Below, piece by piece: positions 17,273 to 25,531 of a stretch of 28,278 bases of DNA (positions within the stretch are counted from its first letter, which is position 1; every line of letters begins with the position of its first letter). The stretch spans positions 1-28,278 of the forward strand of contig JBOGZH010000110.1 of the NCBI GenBank assembly GCA_050697095.1. Reading direction: 5' to 3'. The notes beneath the pieces were generated by a model. The model did not search any database and was not told the DNA's origin. It worked only from the letters and a program-made list of their open reading frames with translations. Both the position numbers and the translations under genes were made by a program. This DNA is from Solirubrobacterales bacterium. Lineage in GTDB: Bacteria > Actinomycetota > Thermoleophilia > Solirubrobacterales > 70-9.

Positions 17273-18978
17273 TGGCGGACGAGACCAAGGTGAATCATCC
17301 CGACCGCGACCCCGCCGCCCCCGGACGCGAAGCGGAGGAGGCGGCGGGCAATGACTCGGCGGCGGGGGACCCTGGTCACCGGAGCGAGCCGGCACAAGCC
17401 CCCGCCGCCACCGAGCACGGCACCGACACCGGGATGCACGACCTGGTCGAGGACCTTCACGAGCGGCGCGAGAGGGCGAAGCTCGGCGGAGGCGAGGAGA
17501 AGATCGCGGTCCAGCACGAGCGCGGGAAGCTCACCGCCCGGGAGCGGATCGACCTGCTCGTCGACGATGGCAGCTTCGTCGAGATCGGGATCCACGCCGG
17601 CCCGCACTTCGCGCAGCGGGCGATGGAGGGGAAGGAGGCGCCGGCCGACGGCGTGATCACCGGCTGGGGCAACGTCGACGGGCGCCCCTGCTGCCTGGCC
17701 GCCTACGACTTCACCGTGATGGCGGGCTCGATGGGGATGACCGGGGAGCTGAAGGTGGGCCGCCTGCGCGAGATGGCGCTGCAGAAGCGGATGCCGATGG
17801 TCTGGCTGCTCGACTCGGCGGGTGCGCGGATCCAGGAGGCCGCCGGGTCGATGTTCGCCGGCTCGGGCCACCTGTTCCGCGAGGAGGTGACGATGTCGGG
17901 CGTCGTCCCGCTGGTCGCGGCGATGGTGGGCCCGTGCGCGGCGGGCACCGCGTACATCCCGGGCCTGGCGGACTTCGTCCCGATGGTCGTCGGCCAGGGC
18001 GCGATGGCGCTCGCCGGCCCGCACCTCACGAAGGCGGTGACCGGGGAGGACATCTCGATGGAGGACCTCGGCGGCGCCAAGGTCCACTGCCGCAAGTCGG
18101 GGGTCGGCGACATGGAGGTGAAGGACGACCGCGAGTGCATCGAGGTCGTGAAGCGCTACCTCTCCTACTTCCCCGCCCACTGCGAGGAGCGCCCCCCTCT
18201 CCACGAGGCCTCCGACCCGGAGGACCGGATGTCGGAGAAGCTGCTCGACATCGTCCCCGAGTCATCGCGACAGCCGTACGACATGTACGAGCTGATCGGG
18301 GAGATCGTCGACGGCGGCGAGATCCTCGACATCAAGCCCAAGTTCGCGAAGACGATTATCACCTGCCTCGCGCGGTTCGGCGGGCGGCCGGTCGGGATCG
18401 TCGCCAACCAGCCGAAGCAGCTCGGCGGGATCCTCGAGAACGACTCCGCCGACAAGGCGGCGCGGTTCATCAACCTCTGCGACGCCTTCAACATTCCGCT
18501 CGTCTTCCTCCAGGACGTGCCCGGGTTCATGGTCGGGTCGAAGGTCGAGCACGCGGGGATCATTCGCCACGGGGCGAAGATGCTGTACGCGGTCTCGCGG
18601 GCCACGGTGCCGAAGATCACCGTCGTCGTCCGCAAGGCGTACGGCGCCGGCTACTACGTGATGTGCGGGCGGGCCTACGAGCCCGACCTGATCGTCGCGT
18701 GGCCGAGCGCGGAGATCTCGGTGATGGGGCCGGAGGGCGCGGTGAACATCATCGGGCGCTCCGCGATCGAGGCCTCGGACGACCCCGAGGCGACCCGGGA
18801 GAAGATGCTCGCCGAGGTGAAGAAGTCGATCGATCCCTACATCGCCGCCCGCAGCGACGTGATCGACGACGTGATCGACCCCCGCGAAACCCGCCCCACG
18901 ATCATCCGCGGGCTCCGGATGGCGGCCGACAAGCGCGTCCAGCGGCCGTGGCGGAAGCACGGAGTGTCGCCCGTATGA
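17272..18978 (+). CDS. acyl-CoA carboxylase carboxyltransferase (beta) subunit
   Basis: GKLTARERI, PADGVITG, DFTVMAGS, DSAGARIQE, DVPGFMVG, KAYGAG and VMGPEGAV; TGATG coupling to the hydratase. Confidence 0.95.
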   Translation: MADETKVNHPDRDPAAPGREAEEAAGNDSAAGDPGHRSEPAQAPAATEHGTDTGMHDLVEDLHERRERAKLGGGEEKIAVQHERGKLTARERIDLLVDDGSFVEIGIHAGPHFAQRAMEGKEAPADGVITGWGNVDGRPCCLAAYDFTVMAGSMGMTGELKVGRLREMALQKRMPMVWLLDSAGARIQEAAGSMFAGSGHLFREEVTMSGVVPLVAAMVGPCAAGTAYIPGLADFVPMVVGQGAMALAGPHLTKAVTGEDISMEDLGGAKVHCRKSGVGDMEVKDDRECIEVVKRYLSYFPAHCEERPPLHEASDPEDRMSEKLLDIVPESSRQPYDMYELIGEIVDGGEILDIKPKFAKTIITCLARFGGRPVGIVANQPKQLGGILENDSADKAARFINLCDAFNIPLVFLQDVPGFMVGSKVEHAGIIRHGAKMLYAVSRATVPKITVVVRKAYGAGYYVMCGRAYEPDLIVAWPSAEISVMGPEGAVNIIGRSAIEASDDPEATREKMLAEVKKSIDPYIAARSDVIDDVIDPRETRPTIIRGLRMAADKRVQRPWRKHGVSPV

Positions 18979-18979
18979 G

Positions 18980-19007
18980 TTGTCAGTTGTCAGTTGTCAG
19001 TTGTCAG
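18980..19007 (+). repeat. 7-bp tandem repeat (TTGTCAG)x4
   Basis: Four perfect copies, followed by TCAG which contains the stop codon of the antisense gene. Confidence 0.95.
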
Positions 19008-19367
19008 TCAGTACCGGGCAGCGCGGGTTCGAATCAGGCCATTGAGCATCCGGCCGATCTCGGAAGCACGCGTTCTGAAGGCAGGTTCGCTCAGAAGCCC
19101 TCGCGCCAGCGCGCGCTCGATCCAGTGCTCCGTCTCGTAAGTCGAGCCTCTCGCGATATGCAGGAGCCGCCTTTGATCGGCTCCGTGATGTCGCCCGAAT
19201 GCTTCGGCGATGTTGGCGCCAATCGAGTCCGCCGACCGAACAAGCTGAACGCCGAGTGTCCACCGATCGAACGAGGTCCAGCCGAGGGTCGCCTCGCGCA
19301 CGTCGTCAGCGAGGGCCGTCGCGCGCTGGTAAACGAGCAAGCTGCGGAAATTTCGTCCGCCGGCCAC
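19008..19367 (-). CDS. four helix bundle protein (23S rRNA-IVS protein/bAvd-like family)
   Basis: FRSLLVYQRA...QLVRSADSIGANIAEAFGR...LLHIARGSTYET...MLNGLI matches the family pattern (SIxANIAEG, ARGSxxE). Confidence 0.9.
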   Translation of the reverse strand: MAGGRNFRSLLVYQRATALADDVREATLGWTSFDRWTLGVQLVRSADSIGANIAEAFGRHHGADQRRLLHIARGSTYETEHWIERALARGLLSEPAFRTRASEIGRMLNGLIRTRAARY

Positions 19368-19403
19368 TCACGGAAGAAGCGTGAAGTCGGGCAGGCTCTC
19401 CCC

Positions 19404-19459
19404 CTGACAACTGACAACTGGTTACTGACTACTGATGACTGGGAACTGATGACTGCAAC
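19404..19459 (+). repeat. degenerate 7-bp tandem repeat, inverse of the left array
   Basis: CTGACAA CTGACAA CTGGTTA CTGACTA CTGATGA CTGGGAA CTGATGA CTGCAAC; CTGACAA is the reverse complement of TTGTCAG. Confidence 0.92.
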
Positions 19460-19471
19460 CGGAGGTTGCCG

Positions 19472-20359
19472 ATGAGCCGCTTCGAGGACCCGGTCATCCT
19501 CACCAACTCGATCTCGGGTGTCGTCGCGAACAAGGAGCAGTGCCCGGCGATCCCTTACACGCCGGAGGAGTACGGAGCCGAGGCCCGCCGCGCCGTGGAC
19601 GAGGGCTGCTCGATGATCCACATCCACGCACGCAAGCCCGACGGTTCGCCCTCGTACGAGATCGAGGATTACCGCGCGATCACCGAGGCGATCCGGGCCG
19701 AGGTGGACGACGTGATCATCAACTACTCGACCGGCGCCGTCGGTGTATCGATCGAGAAGCGGATCGAGTACCTGCGCGAGCTGCGCCCCGACGTCGCGGC
19801 GCTGAACATGGGCTCGATGAACTACGCCAAGTACTCGAGCCGCCGCAAGGACTTCGTGTTCAAGCTCGTGTTCGAGAACAGCTTCGACACGATCATCGAG
19901 TTTTTGAATGCGATGATCGAGCTGGGGATTCGCCCCGAGCACGAGTGCTTCGACCTCGGCCACGTCGCCTCGCTGCCTCCGTTGGTCGACATGGGCGTGC
20001 TCGAGGGTCCGCTGCAGGTCGATTGCGTGATGGGCGTGACCGGTGGCGCTCCGGCGACCCCGGAATCGCTCGAGTTCATGTCGCGCCAGATCCCCGATGC
20101 CCGGGACGGGCGCAACAACTGGGGCGTGATCGGGATCTCGCGCGAGCAGTGGAGGCTGGGGGCTGCGGCGCTCGCGCTGGGCGGGAACTTCCGCGTCGGC
20201 CTCGAGGACAACTTCTACCTCCCCGATGGCGAGATGGCGAAGTCGAACGGCGAGCTCATCGCCAAGGCGGGCGAGATGGTGCACGCCGCGGGCCGCCGGG
20301 TGGCGAGCGTCGATGAAGCGCGCGAGCTGCTCGGCACTCCGAAGCGGGTCGAGGCATGA
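19472..20359 (+). CDS. beta-keto acid cleavage enzyme (BKACE/DUF849, 3-keto-5-aminohexanoate cleavage family)
   Basis: PAIPYTPEE, IHIHAR, NYSTG, LNMGSMN, PEHECFD and RVGLED; RBS GGAGG before ATG 19472. Confidence 0.92.
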   Translation: MSRFEDPVILTNSISGVVANKEQCPAIPYTPEEYGAEARRAVDEGCSMIHIHARKPDGSPSYEIEDYRAITEAIRAEVDDVIINYSTGAVGVSIEKRIEYLRELRPDVAALNMGSMNYAKYSSRRKDFVFKLVFENSFDTIIEFLNAMIELGIRPEHECFDLGHVASLPPLVDMGVLEGPLQVDCVMGVTGGAPATPESLEFMSRQIPDARDGRNNWGVIGISREQWRLGAAALALGGNFRVGLEDNFYLPDGEMAKSNGELIAKAGEMVHAAGRRVASVDEARELLGTPKRVEA

Positions 20360-21591
20360 ACGCCGCGCTGTCGGACATCCGGGTCCTCGACCTCACCCGC
20401 CTGCTGCCGGGCGGCTTCTGCTCCCTTTTGCTCGCCGACTTCGGCGCCGAGGTGGTGAAGGTCGAGGACACCGGCGGCGGCGACTACGTGCGCTGGGCGC
20501 CGCCGTACTACGGCGACGAGGAGCACCAGGCGCTCGGCACCCGCTCGGCGTTGTACCTGTCGCTGAACCGCGGCAAGCGATCGATCCGCATCGACCTCAA
20601 GTCCGACGCCGGTCGGGACGCCTTCCTTCGCCTCGCACGCAAGTACGACGTCGTCCTGGAGGGCTTCCGCCCTGGCGTCCTGGACCGGCTCGGGGTCGGC
20701 TACGAGCGCCTGCGGGAGGTCAACCCGGGGATCGTGTACTGCGCGATCACGGGGTATGGCCAGACCGGGCCGAACACCCAGCGCGCCGGCCACGACACCA
20801 ACTACCTCGCCCTGAACGGCCTGCTCGGGCTCACCGGGGCGCCCGACGGTCCGCCGGTCCAGGCGGGTGGCCAGATCGCGGACCTCGGCGGCGGCGCGCT
20901 GATGGCCGCCTTCGGGGTGATAGCGGCGCTGCATGAGCGGCGGGCGTCCGGCGAGGGCCAGCTCGTGGACGTGTCGATGACCGACGGCTCGCTTGCCTGG
21001 CTGGCGATGGTCGCCGGGCGTTACTTCTGCGACGGCCGGGTCCCGAAGCGCGGCGACAACGAGCTCGCGGGACGGATCGTCTGCTACTTCCCCTACGAGG
21101 CGGCCGACGGGTGGGTGTCCTGCGGAGCGCTGGAGCCGAAGTTCTGGCAGGCCTTCTGCCGCGGGGTGGGCCGCGAGGATCTCGTCGAGAAGCAGTTCGA
21201 GCGCCCCGGCTCGGATGCGTGGCGTGAGGTCGCGGCGCTCTTCCGCTCCCGGACGCGGGAGGAGTGGCGGGCGTTCAACGACGAGCACGACTGCTGCATC
21301 GAGCCCGTACTCGATCTCGACGAGGCGCTCGACTCCGATCTCGTGCGGGCGCGCGAGATGGTCGTCCAGCTCGATCAGCCCCACCTCGGGCCGGTACGAC
21401 AGCTCGGTGTCCCGGTGAAGCTGAGCCGCACGCCCGGGGGGGTCGACGCTCCCGCGCCGGCGCTCGGCGAGCACACCCGGGAGGTTCTGAGCGAGGCCGG
21501 CTTCGCCGATCATGAGATCGAGGCGATGATCGAGAGCGGCGCCGTCGCCGGACCGGCGACGGAGGGAAGCGAGGTCGCGTTCCGGGCATGA
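20356..21591 (+). CDS. CaiB/BaiF family III CoA-transferase (AMACR-like)
   Basis: VLDLTRLLPG, LADFGAEVVKVE, LNRGKRS, EGFRPGV, GHDTNY and IADLGGG; ATGA overlap. Confidence 0.93.
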   Translation: MNAALSDIRVLDLTRLLPGGFCSLLLADFGAEVVKVEDTGGGDYVRWAPPYYGDEEHQALGTRSALYLSLNRGKRSIRIDLKSDAGRDAFLRLARKYDVVLEGFRPGVLDRLGVGYERLREVNPGIVYCAITGYGQTGPNTQRAGHDTNYLALNGLLGLTGAPDGPPVQAGGQIADLGGGALMAAFGVIAALHERRASGEGQLVDVSMTDGSLAWLAMVAGRYFCDGRVPKRGDNELAGRIVCYFPYEAADGWVSCGALEPKFWQAFCRGVGREDLVEKQFERPGSDAWREVAALFRSRTREEWRAFNDEHDCCIEPVLDLDEALDSDLVRAREMVVQLDQPHLGPVRQLGVPVKLSRTPGGVDAPAPALGEHTREVLSEAGFADHEIEAMIESGAVAGPATEGSEVAFRA

Positions 21592-22340
21592 GCCGAGCGA
21601 GCCCAAACCCGGCTGCGCCGGGACGCGGAGCGGAGGACGCGGCCGGAAAGATGAAGATCTCCGAGCTGGCCGCCGCCGCCGATGTGCCGGTGGCGACCGT
21701 TCGCCACTACCTGCGTGAGGGGTTGCTCCCGGAGCCCGAGAAGACGAGCCGCAACATGGCCTATTACCCGCCCCAGCTCGTGGAGCGGATCCAGCTGATC
21801 AAGCAGCTCCAGGAGGAGCGCTTCCTGCCGTTGAAGGTGATTCGCGAGCTGCTCGACTCGGGGAACGGCGACCCGGAGCGGCTCCGGGCCCTGATCGACC
21901 TCGAGGACCGGATCCTCGAGAGCGCGCTCGAGGGTGAGCGCAAGCGGGTCTCCGCGAAGGAGGTGAAGCGGCGCTACGACGTCCCCGGGGAGGTCCTGGA
22001 CCGGCTCGCCGACCTCGACATCCTGAGCCCCGGCGGCCGCGGCTACTCACCCTCCGACGTGCGGATCGTCGCGGCGATCAGCCGCTTCCGCGCCGGCGGC
22101 TACGACGAGCGGATCGGGTTCACCGTCTACGACACGCTGCGCCACAAGCGCGCGCTCGAGGGCCTCGTGAAGGAGGAGGTCGAGGTGCTGATGGAGCGCC
22201 TCGCCGGCGAGATGGATCCCGACCGCGCCGTCGAGCTGATCAAGTCCGGCGCCGAGCCCCTCCAGGACCTGATCGCCGCGCTTCACACCAAGCTGCTGGT
22301 CGCGGAGCTCGAACGACACCGGGCGGCGCGGGAGAGCTGA
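21588..22340 (+). CDS. MerR family transcriptional regulator
   Basis: MKISELA...TVRHYLREGLLP...NMAYY...IKQLQEERFLPL; start could be ATG 21651. Confidence 0.9.
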   Translation: MSRASPNPAAPGRGAEDAAGKMKISELAAAADVPVATVRHYLREGLLPEPEKTSRNMAYYPPQLVERIQLIKQLQEERFLPLKVIRELLDSGNGDPERLRALIDLEDRILESALEGERKRVSAKEVKRRYDVPGEVLDRLADLDILSPGGRGYSPSDVRIVAAISRFRAGGYDERIGFTVYDTLRHKRALEGLVKEEVEVLMERLAGEMDPDRAVELIKSGAEPLQDLIAALHTKLLVAELERHRAARES

Positions 22341-22352
22341 GGACGGCACCCG

Positions 22353-23438
22353 GTGGCCACCGAGCACCAGCCCGACTCCTACCAGCGCGACATCGCGAAG
22401 GGGCTGAACGAGGCGTTCGACGACGAGCGGACGGCAGAGGCCGAGCTCGATCTCGACTCGGCGCGCGTGGTCGTCTTCTCGGACCACCACAAGGGAGCAC
22501 GCGACGGGGCCGATGACTTCCTGCGCTGCGAGCGCGCGTATCACGCCGCGCTCGGGTACTACCTCGAGGCCGGCTTCGACCTCTACGTGCTCGGGGACGT
22601 CGAGGAGCTGTGGGAGTGCCGACCGGAGGAGGTGCTCGAGGCGTATCCGGACACGCTCGCGCTGGAGGGCGAGTTCCACGAGCAGGGCCGCTACCGGCGC
22701 TTCTGGGGAAACCACGACGACCAGTGGAACCGCGAGGGCGAGGTCGAAAAGCACCTGTGGCCGATCTTCCCGGGGCTCACGGTGAACGAGGCGCTGAAGC
22801 TCGAGGTCACCGCCGGGGGTGAGCGGCTCGGGCTGATCTTCCTCGCCCACGGCCATCAGGGCACCGCCGATAGCGAGCGCTACTCGTGGTTCTCCCGCCT
22901 CGTCGTCCGCTACATCTGGCGACCGATCCAGCGGCGCGTCAACTTCGCCTCGACCTCGCCCTCGACCGATTACGAGCTGCGCCAGCGCCACGACGCAGCT
23001 ATGTTCGCGTGGGCGCGCACGCACCCGGCGAAGCCCGTCCTGATCGCCGGCCACACCCACCGGCCGGTGTTCGGGACCAGCCGGCCGCCGAAGGCGACCA
23101 AGCGAGAGGCGGCCGATGTCGTTCGGGAGCTTGAGGACCTCCGAGCCTCCGCCGAGCCGGACACGGCGAAGATCGCCGCCCTGCGCGCCGAGCTGGAGTT
23201 CATCGAGGCAGCCGCGCGCCGCGGGGGTCCGCCGCCGCTGCCGATCGACCCGCCGTGCTACTTCAACACGGGCTGCTGCTCGTTCGGCGACGGGGACGTC
23301 ACCGGGCTCGAGATCGTCGACGGCCAGATCCGGCTCGTGCGGTGGCTGAACGACGATGACGAGCCGAAGGCGAAGGTCCTGGTCAGCGAGGACCTGCGGA
23401 CGGTCCTGGGTTCCGTGGGCGCAGCGGCACCCTCATAG
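22353..23438 (+). CDS. calcineurin-like metallophosphoesterase
   Basis: SDHH, LGDVEELW, GNHD, HGH, GHTH and YFNTG motifs. Confidence 0.88.
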   Translation: MATEHQPDSYQRDIAKGLNEAFDDERTAEAELDLDSARVVVFSDHHKGARDGADDFLRCERAYHAALGYYLEAGFDLYVLGDVEELWECRPEEVLEAYPDTLALEGEFHEQGRYRRFWGNHDDQWNREGEVEKHLWPIFPGLTVNEALKLEVTAGGERLGLIFLAHGHQGTADSERYSWFSRLVVRYIWRPIQRRVNFASTSPSTDYELRQRHDAAMFAWARTHPAKPVLIAGHTHRPVFGTSRPPKATKREAADVVRELEDLRASAEPDTAKIAALRAELEFIEAAARRGGPPPLPIDPPCYFNTGCCSFGDGDVTGLEIVDGQIRLVRWLNDDDEPKAKVLVSEDLRTVLGSVGAAAPS

Positions 23439-23621
23439 CTCGGTCGGCCCGACGATCTCCACGATGCGCTCCGCCCCGCGCTTGAGCCGGGCATCGATCG
23501 TCAACAGGGGGCACTCGAGCCGGCGTGCCAGCGCCACGTACCCGGCGTCGCCGCCAAGCGGTTCGAAGCCAGCCTCCGCGAGCCCCGCCTCGACCGCGAC
23601 GCTCGCGTCGACTACCAGCAA
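23433..23621 (-). pseudogene. internally deleted PIN/VapC toxin
   Basis: N-terminal LVVDAS is joined almost directly to C-terminal DAGYVALA...LLTIDARL; only 62 aa, roughly half a PIN domain. Confidence 0.7.
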
Positions 23622-23623
23622 GC

Positions 23624-23715
23624 TCAGCGGCCCGCAGCTTGCCCTCCCTGATCCATCGCCTGATCGTTTCCGGATTCCGGCCGACGCGCGTGGCGGCCTC
23701 GGGCACTGTGAGCAT
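23624..23715 (-). pseudogene. truncated excisionase-type HTH antitoxin
   Basis: MLTVPEAATRVGRNPETIRRWIREGKLR, then an out-of-frame GGCCGC-TGA two nt before the PIN start. Confidence 0.65.
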
Positions 23716-23738
23716 TGGTCGAGGGAGTTTTAGGTCGG

Positions 23739-24541
23739 TCAACCGTTGAGGGCCGCGTCGTAGCGCGTCACCCTGAGAAAGCCGTCGTCGATCAACCTCA
23801 GCACGTCGCCCGCGTCACCCCGCCGAACGGGTCGCCGCTGTCGGCAACGAGGTTCAGGTAGGCCCGGCTTGCGGGCTTCTTGATTCGGAGCACCCCGACC
23901 CTCTGAGTGCGGAAGCGTCCGCCCGAGCCATTGAACCCGTTGTGCTCGCCGACCTCGCCCTTGAAGTCAGTCAGAGCCTTCGCACTCCCGCCGACGTCGG
24001 TCTGGGCTTGGTCGTCGGCCAGCAACACCCTCGTGGATACGCGGGCGGGATAGGCGGGATGACGAGTCGTCATCCTGGCCTCGAAGGTGAGCTGATCGCC
24101 CTTCGCCAGATCATCGAGCGGCACCGAGTAGACGACGGTTCGCATCGACTTGTCGACCGGGATCGCGTCCGCCAGGCACGGCCCTTCCCATGGCGAGCAG
24201 AGGGAGAGCGCACGCCTATCGTCTGGCTCGGTCGCAGTCTTGTTGCTCGCGAGCAGAAGCGACCCGCAGACAATCGGATCGAAGTCGTAGCGCTTGCGGT
24301 AGTAGGGGGCAGAGGAGTCGGTGGTCACCCCGATCTCCGCCGTGACCTCGAGCAGATCGCCCGGCTCCAGATCCGGAATGCTCGCGAACCGGTCGTCCCC
24401 CGGCCCCAGGGACATCACGGTCTTCTTCAGCTGCCCCTTCCGCGGGGTGATCCGGATCTTCTCCTCGAGCTCGGAGCCGCGGCCCGTGGGCCCCCTTCCC
24501 GTCGTGCAAACGACGACCCTCTCGCTTCCTCTCGGGCTCAC
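23739..24541 (-). CDS. hypothetical protein with two similar halves; probable 1-nt frameshift near the C-terminus
   Basis: ORF 23798-24541; an alternative frame after the G run at 23818-23821 gives GDAGDVLRLIDDGFLRVTRYDAALNG-TGA ending at 23739; TACCCT -10 lies 7 nt before the GTG. Confidence 0.6.
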
Positions 24542-24644
24542 CCCCCCGAGGGTAGTGTCGGCTCACGATCCCGTCCAGGGCCGCGATCACCGGCAGGCCC
24601 GGATGCTGCACCGGCTTGCCGCAAACTGACGCGGGGTACCGTCC

Positions 24645-24681
24645 TATACTGCGTCTGAACCTGGATTGACTGGTCAGTCAA
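24645..24681 (+). promoter_or_regulatory. -10 element and TetR-type operator palindrome
   Basis: TATACT at 24645-24650; TTGACTG-GT-CAGTCAA at 24666-24681, upstream of the nitrilase-tetR operon. Confidence 0.7.
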
Positions 24682-24703
24682 CCAGCGGAGGAGATGGGGC
24701 ACG

Positions 24704-25531
24704 ATGCGCGCCGCGGCCGTACAGCTCAACTCGACGGACGACAAGCAGCGGAACCTCGAGACCGCGGAGCGGCTCGTGCGCGCCGCGGCTGACGACGGCG
24801 CCGAGCTGATCGCGCTGCCCGAGAAGTGGAACCTGCTCGCGGGCGGCGAGGCGCTGCTCGCGGGCGCCGAGCCGATCGACGGCCCGACGATCACCGCCGC
24901 GCGCTCCTGGGCCCGCGAGCTGGGCGTCCATCTCGTCGCGGGCAGCATCGCCGAGCGCGCCTCCGACAACGAGAAGCTCTTCAACACCTCCGTACTGATC
25001 GATTCCCAGGGCGAGGTCGAGGCGGTCTACCGCAAGATCCACATGTTCGACGTCGACGTCGGCGGCGTCGCCTACCGCGAGTCCGAGCACGAGGACCCCG
25101 GGACGGAGATCGTGGTCGCGCACGCCGGCGACGTAGCGGTCGGGATGACCGTCTGCTACGACCTCCGCTTCCCCGAGCTGTACCGGATCCTCGCGGTGCG
25201 CGGCGCGCGCGTGATCGTCGTCCCGGCGGCCTTCACGCTGCACACCGGCAAGGACCACTGGGAGCCGCTGCTGCGGGCCCGGGCGATCGAGAACCAGGCC
25301 TTCATCGTCGCGCCCAACCACTTCGGCGAGGCGCCCCCGCACTACCACTCCTACGGGCGCTCGATGATCGTCGACCCCTGGGGGGTGATCCTCGCCACCG
25401 CAAGCGACGAGGAGGCCTTCATCGCCGCGGAGCTCGACTTCGCGCTCCAGGACCGGGTGCGGGAGTCGTTGCCCTCGCTCGCCAACCGCCGCCCGGAGTC
25501 GTACCGATGGCCCGAAGGAGCGCCCGCCTGA
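24704..25531 (+). CDS. carbon-nitrogen hydrolase (Nit1/deaminated glutathione amidase-like)
   Basis: E-K-C triad in LPEKW, YRKIHMFDV and VCYDLRFPE; RARAIENQ. Confidence 0.92.
   Translation: MRAAAVQLNSTDDKQRNLETAERLVRAAADDGAELIALPEKWNLLAGGEALLAGAEPIDGPTITAARSWARELGVHLVAGSIAERASDNEKLFNTSVLIDSQGEVEAVYRKIHMFDVDVGGVAYRESEHEDPGTEIVVAHAGDVAVGMTVCYDLRFPELYRILAVRGARVIVVPAAFTLHTGKDHWEPLLRARAIENQAFIVAPNHFGEAPPHYHSYGRSMIVDPWGVILATASDEEAFIAAELDFALQDRVRESLPSLANRRPESYRWPEGAPA

Larger units (their letters stand above)
18975..19476. mobile_element. four-helix-bundle gene cassette with inverted heptamer arrays and ATGAG direct repeat
   Basis: ATGAG at 18975-18979 and 19472-19476; inverted arrays just inside; a single antisense gene; removing one unit restores an ATGA gene overlap. 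Mobility is inferred. Confidence 0.6.

Noticed and set aside
19008..19367. rRNA gene implied by the '23S rRNA IVS protein' family name
   Set aside because: Flanks are protein-coding; no rRNA sequence is present
18978..19459. Heptamer arrays as a CRISPR array or a DGR
   Set aside because: Units are 7 bp with no spacers and there are no cas genes; despite the Avd-like fold there is no reverse transcriptase or TR/VR pair in the window
19432..19476. CTGATGA followed by a hairpin, resembling a hammerhead ribozyme core
   Set aside because: The required GAAA after stem II is absent (CGAT instead); CTGATGA is explained as a heptamer variant
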